Part shown: positions 48,744 through 60,004 of the stretch, in pieces
How the letters are laid out: each line of letters starts with the position of its first letter
Position numbering within the stretch: position 1 is the first letter of the stretch
From: Candidatus Omnitrophota bacterium
Lineage (GTDB): Bacteria > Omnitrophota > Gorgyraeia > JAHIPI01
Assembly: GCA_016783745.1 (NCBI GenBank)
Contig: JADHVZ010000006.1
Coordinates: 3,397 to 67,396 of the forward strand
DNA length: 64,000 nt
Direction: 5' to 3'
The notes under the pieces: model-generated
The model's input: the letters and a program-made list of their open reading frames with translations, nothing else
Databases searched by the model: none
Told to the model about the DNA's origin: nothing
Made by a program: the position numbers and the translations under genes

Positions 48744-49523
48744 TTACCCTATTAACTCCCTCATCTTTTCTCCTATGTCCTCGCTGCGCATCAGGGCTTC
48801 GCCTACAAGCACCGCGTTGATCCCGAAAGACCTTAAATATGAGATATTCTCCTTTGATTTTATGCCGCTTTCGGAGACTATCACCTTACCGCCCGGGATC
48901 ATCTTTAAAAGGCGGGGTGTGGTCTTTATGTCGACCTTAAAGGTATGCAGGTCTCTATTGTTTATGCCTATTATATCACACCCTGAATCCAGCGCTTTTT
49001 TGACGTCTTCTTCGCCATGCACTTCGACAAGAAAATCAATGGAATACCGGCTGCCTATTTCCAGAAATCTTTTTATTTCCTCGACCGACAGCAGGTCCGC
49101 GATCAAAAGCGCGGCGTCTGCTCCCGCTAAAACCGATTCGTATATCTGATATTCGTCTATTATAAAATCTTTTCTTAAAATAGGCAGGGATATACCCTTC
49201 CTTATTTCTTTTAAATATGACAGCTTACCCTGGAAAAATTTCTTGTCTGTAAGCACTGATATAGCCGATGCGCCATTTGCCTGGTATACAGAAGCTATCT
49301 TGACAGGATTAAAATCTTCTCTTATCACTCCGGCTGAAGGGGACGCCTTCTTCACCTCGGCTATAAGATGGATCTTGTGGGGTTTGCTTAGTGAGTTTTT
49401 AAAAAGATTCTTTGGGCGGGGCGCTATACCCTCAAGCCTCGCTATCAGATCCTCCTGAGGGGCCTTTTTCCTGGATCTTTCTACTTCCTTTCTCTTCGTT
49501 TCTATTATCTCGGTTAGGATCAT
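48744..49523 (-). CDS. trpC: Indole-3-glycerol phosphate synthase
   Basis: 259 aa; IAEVKKASPS motif. Confidence 0.9.
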   Translation of the reverse strand: MILTEIIETKRKEVERSRKKAPQEDLIARLEGIAPRPKNLFKNSLSKPHKIHLIAEVKKASPSAGVIREDFNPVKIASVYQANGASAISVLTDKKFFQGKLSYLKEIRKGISLPILRKDFIIDEYQIYESVLAGADAALLIADLLSVEEIKRFLEIGSRYSIDFLVEVHGEEDVKKALDSGCDIIGINNRDLHTFKVDIKTTPRLLKMIPGGKVIVSESGIKSKENISYLRSFGINAVLVGEALMRSEDIGEKMRELIG

Positions 49524-50533
49524 CTGCCGCTCTCGTCTATCAGCTTGCGCAATGTCTCAAGCGCCTTTCCGGAGCTTACGCATTCCGCTGCTATCTTTAC
49601 GCCTTCCCTGAAATCGCCTGCCTTGCCGGCCATATGTAAAGCGGCGCCGGAATTTATCAACACCATATCAAGGCGCGGGCCTTTATCCTTTCCTTCCAGT
49701 ATCTCCAGCACAGCTTTCTTGTTATGTTCTCTACTCCCGCCTCTTATATCTTCCAGGGAACCTTCTTTAATGCCAAAATCTGACGGTTCGATAGTGTGTG
49801 TCTCGACCTTCCCGTCCTTAAGTTCCGACAGCCTGGTTTTTCCTTTAATTGATATCTCATCCAGGCCTTCATATCCATGGACTACAAATGCCCTTTCAGA
49901 ACCCAGTTTATTGAGGGCCTCCGCCATTACCTCCGTCAATTCAGCCTTAAAAACGCCGAGCACCTGCATCTTCGCGCCGGCGGGGTTGGAGAGCGGGCCC
50001 AGAATATTAAAAATAGTCCGCGTCTTGAGTTCACTTCTTATCTGTGCCACATTTTTCATCGCGGGATGAAAATTCTTAGCGAATATAAATCCTATGCCTA
50101 TCTTTTCAATAAGTTCAGCGACCTTCTCAGGCGGAATATTTATATTAACACCGAGCTCCATCAGTATATCGGCGCTTCCGCACTTACCGGTAAAGGATAC
50201 ATTGCCGTGCTTGGCCACTTTCATGCCGCAGCCGGCCAGAATAATGGCAGAGACCGTAGAAACGTTTATATCATTAAACGGCGCGCCGCCTGTGCCGCAT
50301 GTATCGATAAGATCCTTTTTAGGCACGGAGACTTTCGTCATTTTGTCCCTCATGATCTTCGCTGCCGCGGCGATCTCCCCGGGACTCTCCCCCTTCGCTT
50401 TAAGGGATAAAAGGAACTCCTTTACATCATCACTTCCGGCTTCTCCGTTCATTATCTCGCTAAAAACGGCTTCCATCTCGGCGCTATCGAGATCGACTTT
50501 CTTTGACAATACACGTATGGCTTCTTTTATCAT
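49520..50533 (-). CDS. trpD: Anthranilate phosphoribosyltransferase
   Basis: 337 aa; DTCGTGGAPFNDINVST motif. Confidence 0.9.
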   Translation of the reverse strand: MIKEAIRVLSKKVDLDSAEMEAVFSEIMNGEAGSDDVKEFLLSLKAKGESPGEIAAAAKIMRDKMTKVSVPKKDLIDTCGTGGAPFNDINVSTVSAIILAGCGMKVAKHGNVSFTGKCGSADILMELGVNINIPPEKVAELIEKIGIGFIFAKNFHPAMKNVAQIRSELKTRTIFNILGPLSNPAGAKMQVLGVFKAELTEVMAEALNKLGSERAFVVHGYEGLDEISIKGKTRLSELKDGKVETHTIEPSDFGIKEGSLEDIRGGSREHNKKAVLEILEGKDKGPRLDMVLINSGAALHMAGKAGDFREGVKIAAECVSSGKALETLRKLIDESGR

Positions 50534-50542
50534 TCTAACTCC

Positions 50543-51109
50543 CTATTTGATCTGCAGAAAATTATTAAGGATCTTTTTCCCTTCGCCGGTCAATATCGAT
50601 TCAGGGTGAAACTGTACGCCGTATATATGATGGTCCTTATGCTTTAAGGCCATTATCTCTTTTTCCTTTGTCTCGGCAGTGATTAAAAAGCAATCGGGAA
50701 GGGAACTTCTTTCCGCGATAAGCGAATGATATCTTGTAGCTTCAAAAGGGTTTTTTACACCTTTAAATATATCTCTTCCGTCGTGCATAATGGCCGATGT
50801 CTTACCGTGCATCAGTTTTTCCGCCCTTACTATGACTCCGCCGAAGACCTCCGCTACCGCCTGATGGCCCAGGCACACCCCAAGGATAGGTATTTTACCC
50901 GCGAAGGCCCTGATGGCAGGCTCTGATATACCGGCATCCGAAGGATAGCCCGGCCCGGGAGATATTATTATCCGCTCCGGATCCAGTTTTTCCATATCTT
51001 TAAGATCTATCTTGTCATTACGATAGACTTCAAGTTCCGCCCCAAGCTCACCAAGGTATTGCACCAGGTTATACGTAAACGAATCATAATTATCTATTAC
51101 CAATATCAT
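50543..51109 (-). CDS. trpG: Anthranilate synthase component II (class I glutamine amidotransferase)
   Basis: 188 aa; GVCLGHQ catalytic Cys motif and HPES. Confidence 0.85.
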   Translation of the reverse strand: MILVIDNYDSFTYNLVQYLGELGAELEVYRNDKIDLKDMEKLDPERIIISPGPGYPSDAGISEPAIRAFAGKIPILGVCLGHQAVAEVFGGVIVRAEKLMHGKTSAIMHDGRDIFKGVKNPFEATRYHSLIAERSSLPDCFLITAETKEKEIMALKHKDHHIYGVQFHPESILTGEGKKILNNFLQIK

Positions 51110-51110
51110 C

Positions 51111-52577
51111 TTACGCTTCCTCTATGGCCTTTATCAGCGCCATTGCCTTATTCAACGTCTCCTGATATTCCTTATCCGGATCGGAATCAGCCACTATTCC
51201 CGCGCCCGCCTGGATATACGCCTTGTTCTTCTTGACCAGGATAGTCCTTATAGTGATACAACTGTCTATATTCCCGGAAAAACTGAAATAGCCGACACAT
51301 CCTGAATAAGTCCCGCGCTTCAGATTTTCGAGCTCATCAATGATCTCCATAGCTCTTATCTTAGGGGCGCCTGTCACAGTGCCCGCCGGAAACGATGCCC
51401 TTACCACATCATATATGTTACTGTCCTTTGACAATCTGCCCGTGACATCGCTGACTATGTGCATGACGTGGGAATACTTCTCCACCTTCATCAGTTCGCC
51501 TACGCGCACACTGTTAAACCTTGATACCCTTCCAACATCATTCCGGCCAAGATCCACTAGCATGATATGCTCGGCCCTCTCTTTTGGGTCCCCCAGCAGC
51601 TCTTTCTCAAGCCTGCTATCCTCGCTCTTGTTTCTTCCTCTCGGCCTTGTACCCGCGATCGGCCTTAACTCTATTTTGCCGTCTTCACATCTTACCATTA
51701 TCTCAGGGGATGAACCGATAAGCTTGATGTCTTTGAATCTTAGATAATACATATAAGGCGAAGGATTTATAGAACGCAGCTGTCTGTATATACTGAAGGG
51801 GTCTTTTTTTCCAAGATCGGCTTCCAGTCTTTGAGATAGAACTACCTGTATGATGTCCCCGTTCTTTATATACTCCTTTCCTTTTCTTACGATATCGCCG
51901 AAAGAATTTTTTGTAAAATTCGATCTTATCTTAATTTTGCGGTTTACGGTTTGCGGCTTACGGTTTACTTTCGTGTTCTTCAGAAGCGTTTTTTCTATCT
52001 TAGCTATCTTCTTCAGGGCCTCGCTGTACGCCGCTCGCGGGTTGCGCTTCACATGGACGTTTGAGACTATCTTTATCTTATGCATAATATGGTCGAATAT
52101 CAGAAGCGTGTCGGTAAGTACAAAAATGCAGTCCGGCACTTTAAGATCGTCCGGATTCCTGTCAGGCAGTCTTTCAAAAAACCGAACCATATCATAACCG
52201 ATATAGCCGACAAGGCCTCCGCAAAAACGGGGCAGCCCCTTGATACTTACAAACTTAAACTGAGACATCAGATTTTTTATTTCTTCAAGCGGATCCGAGT
52301 CCGCCTTATAGCGCCTGAGCTTCTCACCCTCCCTTATCTCCACATCCATTCCCTTGCTCCTGAATACCAGTGAAGGATTTGACCCTAAAAAAGAGTACCG
52401 CGCTATTTTTTCTTCACCCTCTACGGACTCAAGAAGATATGAATAATCTCCGGAGTCTATTTTTAAAAAAGAAGATACCGGCGTCTCCAGGTCAGCGCTT
52501 ATTTCCTTATATACGGGAATGACGTTCCCTTTTTTTGAGAGACCGATGAATTCTTTTTTACTCGGATATATCATCAA
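51111..52577 (-). CDS. trpE: Anthranilate synthase component I
   Basis: 488 aa; chorismate-binding C-terminal domain ([10 protein letters not shown]). Confidence 0.9.
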   Translation of the reverse strand: MMIYPSKKEFIGLSKKGNVIPVYKEISADLETPVSSFLKIDSGDYSYLLESVEGEEKIARYSFLGSNPSLVFRSKGMDVEIREGEKLRRYKADSDPLEEIKNLMSQFKFVSIKGLPRFCGGLVGYIGYDMVRFFERLPDRNPDDLKVPDCIFVLTDTLLIFDHIMHKIKIVSNVHVKRNPRAAYSEALKKIAKIEKTLLKNTKVNRKPQTVNRKIKIRSNFTKNSFGDIVRKGKEYIKNGDIIQVVLSQRLEADLGKKDPFSIYRQLRSINPSPYMYYLRFKDIKLIGSSPEIMVRCEDGKIELRPIAGTRPRGRNKSEDSRLEKELLGDPKERAEHIMLVDLGRNDVGRVSRFNSVRVGELMKVEKYSHVMHIVSDVTGRLSKDSNIYDVVRASFPAGTVTGAPKIRAMEIIDELENLKRGTYSGCVGYFSFSGNIDSCITIRTILVKKNKAYIQAGAGIVADSDPDKEYQETLNKAMALIKAIEEA

Positions 52578-52954
52578 TACACCTTGCCAGGATCAAAGAC
52601 TTTCTCTTCTACTGTTTCCAGTCCGCCTTCACCCGTAGCGCGCCTGTAGTAGCATGTAAAGTAGCCCGCATGGCAAGCGGCGACTTTTTGTTCGATCTTA
52701 AGGAGCAGTGACTTTCCCTCGCAATCCATAAGCGCTTCCTTGAGTATCTGGATGTGACCCGAGGTCTCGCCTTTCATCATCAGCCTGCTCTTGGACCTGC
52801 GAAAAAGATACACCTTGCCTTCCTTGAAAGTCATCTCAAGCGACTCCTTGTTCATATAGCATAGCGTCAGCACCTTGCCGGAATCACTATCCTGAATAAC
52901 AGCAGGAATAAGTCCGTCATCGTTAAATTTTAGTTGTTCAATAAATTTGTCCAT
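52574..52954 (-). CDS. hisI: Phosphoribosyl-AMP cyclohydrolase (monofunctional HisI)
   Basis: 126 aa; LIPAVIQD...MNKESL...GETSGH motif; stop overlaps trpE start by 4 nt. Confidence 0.85.
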   Translation of the reverse strand: MDKFIEQLKFNDDGLIPAVIQDSDSGKVLTLCYMNKESLEMTFKEGKVYLFRRSKSRLMMKGETSGHIQILKEALMDCEGKSLLLKIEQKVAACHAGYFTCYYRRATGEGGLETVEEKVFDPGKVY

Positions 52955-53051
52955 GTTTGCTCCTTAGGTAATGATGATATCCGCTCGGTCGCTTAACAAG
53001 GATTCCACACATGTTAAATGTGCTCTCGAATCGTTTGTTATTTCGCAGAGA

Positions 53052-53125
<74 letters not shown>

Positions 53126-53159
53126 AACATGAATTTGCCAAATAAGCTTACTGTTAGTA

Positions 53160-53287
53160 AATCACAAATAACAAATTACAAATAACAAACAAATAACAAG
53201 CACCAAATTCCAAACACATTGTTTTGAATTTTGAATTTGAGATTTTGAATTTGTTTGTGATTTGTTATTTGAAATTTGTTATTTCCG
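53160..53287. repeat. AT-rich dyad element built from 'caaataacaa' words and inverted ttgttatttg words
   Basis: cacaaataacaaattacaaataacaaacaaataacaag...ttgttttgaattttgaatttgagattttgaatttgtttgtgatttgttatttgaaatttgttattt. Confidence 0.75.
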
Positions 53288-53323
53288 TATTTTATGTAAT
53301 TAACACGTATTTCACTTTTTATT

Positions 53324-54088
53324 TCAAATTCGGACAATAACCCCTTTATCACGCAAGTATTCTTTCGTTTCCTGTATCGTATATTCCTTAAAATGAAAGA
53401 TCGATGCGGCGAGGGCCGCGTCAGCCTTGCCTTCTGTCAGCACTTCGCGCATGTGTTCTATATTGCCGCATCCGCCTGAAGCTATGACGGGAATGTTTAC
53501 GGCCTCGCAGATACTTCTCGTCAGTTCGATATCGTAGCCGTCCTTTGTGCCGTCAGCGTCCATGCTTGTAAGAAGGATCTCACCGGCGCCCAGATCCTCC
53601 ACCTTACGGGCCCACTCTATAGCGTCTATCCCCGTCGGAGTCCTGCCGCCGTTAACATATATCTCCCACTTCGCGCCTTCATCCTTTTTTCTCTTCGCGT
53701 CTATCGCCACCACTATGCACTGGCTTCCGAATTTATCCGAAGCCTCCTTCACGAACTCCGGCCGCTTGACAGCCGAAGTGTTAATGGATACTTTATCACA
53801 GCCCGCATTGAGCAGGTCTCTTATATCATCAATATCTCTTATCCCGCCCCCGACCGTAAACGGCATAAACACGCATTTTGCCACACGCTCGACTACATCT
53901 ATCATGATCTTGCGCTTCTCATGAGAAGCCGTTATGTCCAGAAACACAAGTTCATCGGCACCTTCATCATTATAGACCTTTGCCTGCTCTACGGGGTCTC
54001 CGGCATCGCGCAATTGGAGAAATTTTACGCCCTTTACCACTCTACCCTCTTTCACATCAAGGCACGGGATTATTCTTTTTGCAAGCAT
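53324..54088 (-). CDS. hisF: Imidazole glycerol phosphate synthase cyclase subunit
   Basis: 254 aa; RIIPCLDV... Confidence 0.9.
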   Translation of the reverse strand: MLAKRIIPCLDVKEGRVVKGVKFLQLRDAGDPVEQAKVYNDEGADELVFLDITASHEKRKIMIDVVERVAKCVFMPFTVGGGIRDIDDIRDLLNAGCDKVSINTSAVKRPEFVKEASDKFGSQCIVVAIDAKRKKDEGAKWEIYVNGGRTPTGIDAIEWARKVEDLGAGEILLTSMDADGTKDGYDIELTRSICEAVNIPVIASGGCGNIEHMREVLTEGKADAALAASIFHFKEYTIQETKEYLRDKGVIVRI

Positions 54089-54801
54089 ATTGAAATAGCC
54101 TCCTTTAGATCAAGCGCGCCCTCGTAAAGCGCCTTCCCCACTATTACGCCGTACAGATTCTTCCTGTCGAGAGCTTTAAGTCTTTTTATATCATCTAATG
54201 ACGATATTCCGCCGGCGGATATTACTGAAATATTGACCTTGCTCAAAAAATCATCCAGCCCGTCAAGATTCGGGCCGCTCAATGTACCGTCCACGGTTAT
54301 ATCCGTGTATATGACCGCGAAGGCCCCGAGGCCTTCTACTTTCTTTGCCAGATCGATAGCCTTTACAGTCGACGCCTTAGTCCAGCCTTGAAGCATTACA
54401 AGACCGTCTCTGGAATCGATCGATACGATTATTTTCTCTCCGTATTTATTTATGGCATCCTTTACAACGTCGACCTCTTCCACGGCCTTACTCCCCAAAA
54501 CCACCTTTGAGGCACCGGATTTAAAAGCTCCGCTAATGTCTTTCTCGCTTCTAAGCCCGCCGCCAAGCTCAACGGGTATGCCGACTGCTTTTACGATTTT
54601 CGCGACCGATCCCGAATTCTTCGGCTTACCGGCCAGAGCGCCGTCCAGATCCACTATATGCAGTGTACTTGCCCCCTGATCCTGCCAGTTTTTCGCGATC
54701 CTCACCGGATCATCGGAATAAACCTTTACCTGCTGGTAATCTCCCCTTGTTAAACGCACTACCTTTCCGTCCTTCAGATCGATGGCCGGTATTATCTGCA
54801 T
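54070..54801 (-). CDS. hisA: 1-(5-phosphoribosyl)-5-[(5-phosphoribosylamino)methylideneamino]imidazole-4-carboxamide isomerase
   Basis: 243 aa; [17 protein letters not shown]. Confidence 0.9.
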   Translation of the reverse strand: MQIIPAIDLKDGKVVRLTRGDYQQVKVYSDDPVRIAKNWQDQGASTLHIVDLDGALAGKPKNSGSVAKIVKAVGIPVELGGGLRSEKDISGAFKSGASKVVLGSKAVEEVDVVKDAINKYGEKIIVSIDSRDGLVMLQGWTKASTVKAIDLAKKVEGLGAFAVIYTDITVDGTLSGPNLDGLDDFLSKVNISVISAGGISSLDDIKRLKALDRKNLYGVIVGKALYEGALDLKEAISICLQKE

Positions 54802-55406
54802 TATAACCTCATAAAATTCTCCAGAAACTTTAATCCCGCTTTCTGGCTTTTCTCGGGGTGAAACTGGACAGCGTACAGATTCTCATCCCAGACCATGGAG
54901 GCAAAATCCCCGCCATAGTCAGTAGCGGCCGCGACTATGGCGCTGTCTTTCGGCCTTACATAATAAGAATGCACAAAATAAAAAAATGAATCCTGCTCAA
55001 TACCGTTAAAAAGAGAACATCCGCTTTTTTTTATCTTTACCTGATTCCATCCTATCTGCGGCACCTTGATGCCTCCTGAGGAGAATTTGACTACATCTCC
55101 TTTAAGGATACCCAGGCCTTCGCATCCGCCGCCTTCTTCGCTTCTCTCAAAAAGCAGCTCATACCCTAAGCATATTCCGAGATATGGCTTTTTTCTCTTT
55201 ATCTCGTCCTTAAGCGGCTCGATAAGGCCCAATCGTTTAAGGGCGTTCATCGCGTCCTTAAAAGCGCCCACTCCGGGTAGTACTATCTTAGCCGCCCCGC
55301 TCAAGTCCGCGCCCTTCTGGGTGATCACGACATCGCCACCTAAATATTCCAGGGCCTTAGATACGCTGCCTAAGTTGCCCATCTCATAATCAATAACAGC
55401 TATCAT
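54801..55406 (-). CDS. hisH: Imidazole glycerol phosphate synthase glutamine amidotransferase subunit
   Basis: 201 aa; MIAVIDYEMGNL...GICLGYELL (catalytic Cys). Confidence 0.9.
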   Translation of the reverse strand: MIAVIDYEMGNLGSVSKALEYLGGDVVITQKGADLSGAAKIVLPGVGAFKDAMNALKRLGLIEPLKDEIKRKKPYLGICLGYELLFERSEEGGGCEGLGILKGDVVKFSSGGIKVPQIGWNQVKIKKSGCSLFNGIEQDSFFYFVHSYYVRPKDSAIVAAATDYGGDFASMVWDENLYAVQFHPEKSQKAGLKFLENFMRL

Positions 55407-56014
55407 TCGTCCGCGATTATCCCTTTTGTGGATGGAATTTCTTTTCTTCTGGGGTCTATCTGAGTAGCATGGTCAAGGGCCACGCCAAATGCCTTGAAAA
55501 CCGCCTCAAGCACATGGTGCAGATCACTTCCTGTAAATATCTCAACATGCAAATTTATGTTAAGCTTTTTAGCGAAACTGTCAAGGAAGTCTAATCCGTC
55601 ATTAAACGTATAACCCTTTTCCTCGCCCAGCGCCGGTATGATTGTCTGAGGAAAATGTTTTTCAAACGCAAACCGGTTGCTGATGTCCACCACCACCTTT
55701 GCCCTTGCCTTATCCATTGGGATTTCCGAAGAACCGAAACGTTTGATGCCCTTACAATCCCCCAGCGCTCTTTTAAAGGCCATGCCCAAAGCAATGCCTA
55801 TATCCTCATTAGTGTGGTGCATATCCACATTTAAATCGCCCGTCGCCTTCAGCTCAAGATCAAATAGCCCGTGGAAGGTAAACAATTCCAGCATGTGATC
55901 AAGAAAGCCTATACCGGTCTTTATGTCGGAATCCCCATTACCGTCTAAAACCAGTTTGCCGGATATATCAGTTTCTTTTGTCTTTCTTTGTATTTCAGCG
56001 GTCCTTGGTTTCAT
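55403..56014 (-). CDS. hisB: Imidazoleglycerol-phosphate dehydratase
   Basis: 203 aa; metal-binding HH/E motifs (HTNEDIGIALG, HHVLEAVFKAFG). Confidence 0.9.
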   Translation of the reverse strand: MKPRTAEIQRKTKETDISGKLVLDGNGDSDIKTGIGFLDHMLELFTFHGLFDLELKATGDLNVDMHHTNEDIGIALGMAFKRALGDCKGIKRFGSSEIPMDKARAKVVVDISNRFAFEKHFPQTIIPALGEEKGYTFNDGLDFLDSFAKKLNINLHVEIFTGSDLHHVLEAVFKAFGVALDHATQIDPRRKEIPSTKGIIADE

Positions 56015-56046
56015 GGATTGACCTTTCTTGACATATTTTTTAGGTT

Positions 56047-56124
56047 AACGGTGTACGGTTTTCGGTTTACGGTTTTCAAAATCCCACGGTTGTTCCGTAA
56101 ACCGTACACCGAAAACCGTAAACC
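56047..56124. repeat. Dyad element of the 'ccgtaaacc/ggttttc' family: aacggtgtacggttttcggtttacggttttc-[aaaatcccacggttgtt]-ccgtaaaccgtacaccgaaaaccgtaaacc
   Basis: Near-perfect ~30-bp inverted arms in hisD-hisB spacer. Confidence 0.85.
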
Positions 56125-56125
56125 T

Positions 56126-57346
56126 TCACTTAAACCTCACCTTGATCGATTCCAGATGCTTGGGAAGGCCTTCCATCGCCGCGAGCCTCTCCAGGCTTCC
56201 GCGTGCCTTCTCCAGCCCTTTTTTTGTATAGCTTATTATGTGCGAGCTTTTTGTAAAATCACTCAGCCCCAGTCCTGAGAAAAACCTCGCGGTCCCGCCT
56301 GTGGGTAGTACATGAGAAGGTCCGGCGACATAATCCCCTACGGCAGTAGGTGAATATGAACCTATGAATATAGCGCCCGCGTTCCTTATCTTCTTTATGA
56401 CTTTCTTAGGGCTTCTTATCTGGATCTCAAGGTGCTCAGGAGCCAGATCATTGATGGCATCCACCGCCTCATCGAGATTCTTCGCTAAGATGATATACCC
56501 CTGCTCTACTTCCTTCTTCACTGTCTTCGCCAGCTTTTTTGAGGTAGTCACAAGCACAGAAAGCCCGCCGTAATGTTCGCCCTGAGCAAGAAGATCCGCC
56601 TTTACATAGTCAAAATTCGCGTGCTGGTCGGCGAGCACCACTACCTCGCTGGGGCCGGCTATCATATCTATGCCGCAATAACCGAAAACCTGCCTCTTCG
56701 CCTCAGTCACGTATTGATTCCCGGGGCCCACTATCTTGTCGACTTTCGGAATAGTCTTTGTGCCAAAAGCCAGCGCGCCGATAGCCTGAGCTCCGCCGAT
56801 CTTGTATATCTCATCCACTTTCAAGAGATTCGCGACTACTAATATGTGAGGGTCAACGCTCTTATATTTATTAGGAGGCGTCGCGAGCGCCACTCTTTTT
56901 ACTCCGGCAAGCCTCGCCGGCAGCACCGTCATATAAACGCTTGAAATAAGCGGCACTGTTCCGCTTGGCACATATACGCCGACGGAATCAAGCGGCTGAT
57001 ACTTTTCCCCCAGCACTACACCGTCGTCATCTTTTATTTTCCAGGACTTTCTGATCTGCTTTTTGTAGAATCTGCTTATATTATCTATGACAAGTTTAAG
57101 ATTTGTCACGAAATCCGGGCTTATATCCTGATATGCGCCGTTTGTCTCACTTTCGGATACTCTGAGTTCCTTAGGAGCCAGCTTCACCTTGTCGAATTTC
57201 CTGGTATATCTTAAGATAGCGTCGTCTCCTCGCAGCCTTACGTCTTCAAGTATCTTTTCGACACTCGCGGCTACTCTTTTATTTTTCGTAAAATTGCGAG
57301 AACATAATCTTTCGTATCTTTTACCCGTAACTTTTATAAGTCTCAC
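56126..57346 (-). CDS. hisD: Histidinol dehydrogenase
   Basis: 406 aa; conserved zinc/NAD-binding core. Confidence 0.9.
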   Translation of the reverse strand: MRLIKVTGKRYERLCSRNFTKNKRVAASVEKILEDVRLRGDDAILRYTRKFDKVKLAPKELRVSESETNGAYQDISPDFVTNLKLVIDNISRFYKKQIRKSWKIKDDDGVVLGEKYQPLDSVGVYVPSGTVPLISSVYMTVLPARLAGVKRVALATPPNKYKSVDPHILVVANLLKVDEIYKIGGAQAIGALAFGTKTIPKVDKIVGPGNQYVTEAKRQVFGYCGIDMIAGPSEVVVLADQHANFDYVKADLLAQGEHYGGLSVLVTTSKKLAKTVKKEVEQGYIILAKNLDEAVDAINDLAPEHLEIQIRSPKKVIKKIRNAGAIFIGSYSPTAVGDYVAGPSHVLPTGGTARFFSGLGLSDFTKSSHIISYTKKGLEKARGSLERLAAMEGLPKHLESIKVRFK

Positions 57347-59991
57347 TTTTCAAGCTCCTCCCGCACTACATCGCCCGCCTTCTCCAGCGCCTCGTCAAGT
57401 TTAGTCATATCCTTGCCTCCGGCCTGCGCGAAATCAGCCCTTCCTCCGCCTGAGCCGCCCACTATTTGAGCTATTTTCTTAATAACATCGCTCGCGCTGA
57501 CTTTATCCGTGATCTCTTTGCTGACGGCGCACACAAGGGCCACTTTACCTTTGACTTCGGATCCGAGGACAATGATAGACGCTCCTATCCTGTTTTTTAT
57601 ATTGTCGGTCATAGTCCTCAATGAACCGATGTTCATATTCTGAAGCCTGGAAGAGATCACCTTGACGCCGTTTATCTCCCGTGAACCCCGGATCAACTCA
57701 TCTATATTCATGGATGCGCGCCCGCTTTGAAGGTCAGAGACCTCTTTCTCAAGGCTTCGTATCTTTAATGCGGCGTCTACCGCCGCCTTGACTACATCTT
57801 TCGGCGATGTCTTAAGGGCTAAAGCCACATCGCTCATAATATCCTCATCTGATTTTACGCTTCGATACGCGCCCCTGCCGGTAAGCGCTTCTATACGCCG
57901 TATCCCGCCGGCTATAGAGCTTTCGCTCGTGATGCGGAAAAGCCCGATCTCACCTGTCGAGTCCAGATGAGTGCCTCCGCATAGTTCTTTCGAGTAATCC
58001 CCGACGGAGACCATACGCACACTCTTGCCGTATTTCTCCCCGAAAAGGGCAATAGCCCCCTTCTTTTTTGCCTCTTCAATCTTTAATTGCTCGCCTTTTA
58101 CTTTTATGTTTGCCCTCACAAGCTCATTTACGAGCCCTTCTATTCTGTCGAGTTCGCGTTTTCCCGCTGACTTAAAGTGTGTGAAGTCGAATCTTAACCT
58201 GTCCCTGGCTACAAGCGATCCGGACTGCTTGACATGCTTGCCCAGGACCTCTCTAAGCGCGTAATGAAGCAAGTGAGTCGCCGTATGATTGCGCGCTATA
58301 TCCAGACGTGAATCCCTGTCGACTATAGCTTTGACCTTACTCTTTTCGCTTATGCTGCCTTTGAGGACCTCGCAAATATGCACTATAATGCCCCCGGCCT
58401 TCCTGGCGTCATCAACCCTTACCTTTACTTTCTTGCTGATAATGACCCCGGAATCACCGATCTGCCCTCCGGCTTCACCATAGAAGGGAGTCTTATCCAA
58501 TATGAGCTCTATTTTTTCGCCTTCTTTTGCCACTTTTACCCTTTTCCCCCTTGCAACGATCGCCGTAACTGCCGCATCTGATCCACAAGTCTTATGGCCG
58601 GTAAAGTCTGTGGGCTTTAATGCCTCTGACAGCTTCTTAAGCGCATCCTCATCTCTTGAATTATCGAATATCGAAGACTTAAGTTTGCTCTTTGATCTGG
58701 CCAATTTTCTCTGCTTTTCCATTGCCTTCTCATACCCCTTTTTATCTATTGAGAGGCCTTCTGACTTAGCAAGCTCCTCGGTCAGCTCTACCGGAAATCC
58801 GTATGTATCATATAATTTAAAGGCATCTTCACCCGAAAGCTCGCTTTTGCCGCTCTGTTTTAAATCCTCGATAATACTCTCAAGCACTCTTGTGCCTTCT
58901 TCAAGGGTATTCTGAAATCTTTTTTCCTCATTCAGGATCACATCCGCTATGCCCTCTCTCATCGTCTCAAGGGCCGGATAGGGCTCCCTCATGACCTTCG
59001 CCACTGACGGAACAAGTTTATACAAAAACGGTAGTCCTATACCAAGCTCTTTTCCGGTCCTGAAGGCCCTTCTTATGAGCATCCTCTCTACGTATCCTCT
59101 TCCCTCATTCGAAGGCAAAATACCGTCGGAGATCATAAATGAGACGGCTTTTATGTGGTCCGCTATCGCCTTGACGCGCGGATCATCATGGGCACATTCA
59201 CTTCCGGTGAGATCCCTGATCACTCCGGTAATAGGCGTAAACAGGTCTGTCTCAAAATTATTGGACACACCCTGCATCACGGCTGCCACTCTTTCAAGCC
59301 CCATTCCCGTATCTATATTTTTACTCTTTAAGGGTTTAAGCTTATTTTTGCCGACTCTGTTAAACTGCGTGAATACCAGGTTCCAGACCTCCACAAACCT
59401 ATCGCAGCCGCATGAAGGTTCGCAATCCTCGCCCTTATTACATCCCGCATCTTTCCCCTGATCGTAAAATATCTCGCTGCAGGGCCCGCAGGGCCCGTTA
59501 GGCCCTTCTTCAGGGGCGTTTGCCGGCCAGAAATTATCATCCGCGCCGTAGCGCTTTATTTTATGTTCAGGGACCTTTATTAGATCCCTCCAGACTTCAT
59601 AGGCTTCTTCATCGTCTTTGTAAACGGAGACCCATAATCTCTCCGGCGGAAGCTTAAGCTCCTTTGTCATAAATTCCCAGCCCCATTCAATAGCTTCCTT
59701 CTTAAAATAATCCCCGAAAGAAAAATTGCCGAGCATCTCGAAGAAGGTGTGGTGCCCGGCTGTCTTTCCGACATTATTCAAGTCACCCGTCCTGAGACAC
59801 TTCTGACAGGATGTAGCGCGCTTAAATGAGATATTGATGCCCATGAACTGCTCCTTGAACTGGTTCATGCCGGCACCGGTGAAGAGTACGGAGGGGTCAT
59901 TAGCGGGAACTAATGAATCGCTCGCGACTACCTTATGCTTTTTTGATTTAAAAAACTTAAGATATTTAAGTCTGATCTCGTCTGCTGTCAT
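57343..59991 (-). CDS. alaS: Alanine--tRNA ligase
   Basis: 882 aa; class II core, editing domain HxxxH/CxxxH, C-terminal DHHA1-like domain. Confidence 0.95.
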   Translation of the reverse strand: MTADEIRLKYLKFFKSKKHKVVASDSLVPANDPSVLFTGAGMNQFKEQFMGINISFKRATSCQKCLRTGDLNNVGKTAGHHTFFEMLGNFSFGDYFKKEAIEWGWEFMTKELKLPPERLWVSVYKDDEEAYEVWRDLIKVPEHKIKRYGADDNFWPANAPEEGPNGPCGPCSEIFYDQGKDAGCNKGEDCEPSCGCDRFVEVWNLVFTQFNRVGKNKLKPLKSKNIDTGMGLERVAAVMQGVSNNFETDLFTPITGVIRDLTGSECAHDDPRVKAIADHIKAVSFMISDGILPSNEGRGYVERMLIRRAFRTGKELGIGLPFLYKLVPSVAKVMREPYPALETMREGIADVILNEEKRFQNTLEEGTRVLESIIEDLKQSGKSELSGEDAFKLYDTYGFPVELTEELAKSEGLSIDKKGYEKAMEKQRKLARSKSKLKSSIFDNSRDEDALKKLSEALKPTDFTGHKTCGSDAAVTAIVARGKRVKVAKEGEKIELILDKTPFYGEAGGQIGDSGVIISKKVKVRVDDARKAGGIIVHICEVLKGSISEKSKVKAIVDRDSRLDIARNHTATHLLHYALREVLGKHVKQSGSLVARDRLRFDFTHFKSAGKRELDRIEGLVNELVRANIKVKGEQLKIEEAKKKGAIALFGEKYGKSVRMVSVGDYSKELCGGTHLDSTGEIGLFRITSESSIAGGIRRIEALTGRGAYRSVKSDEDIMSDVALALKTSPKDVVKAAVDAALKIRSLEKEVSDLQSGRASMNIDELIRGSREINGVKVISSRLQNMNIGSLRTMTDNIKNRIGASIIVLGSEVKGKVALVCAVSKEITDKVSASDVIKKIAQIVGGSGGGRADFAQAGGKDMTKLDEALEKAGDVVREELEK

Positions 59992-60004
59992 ACGTCAATA
60001 CTTA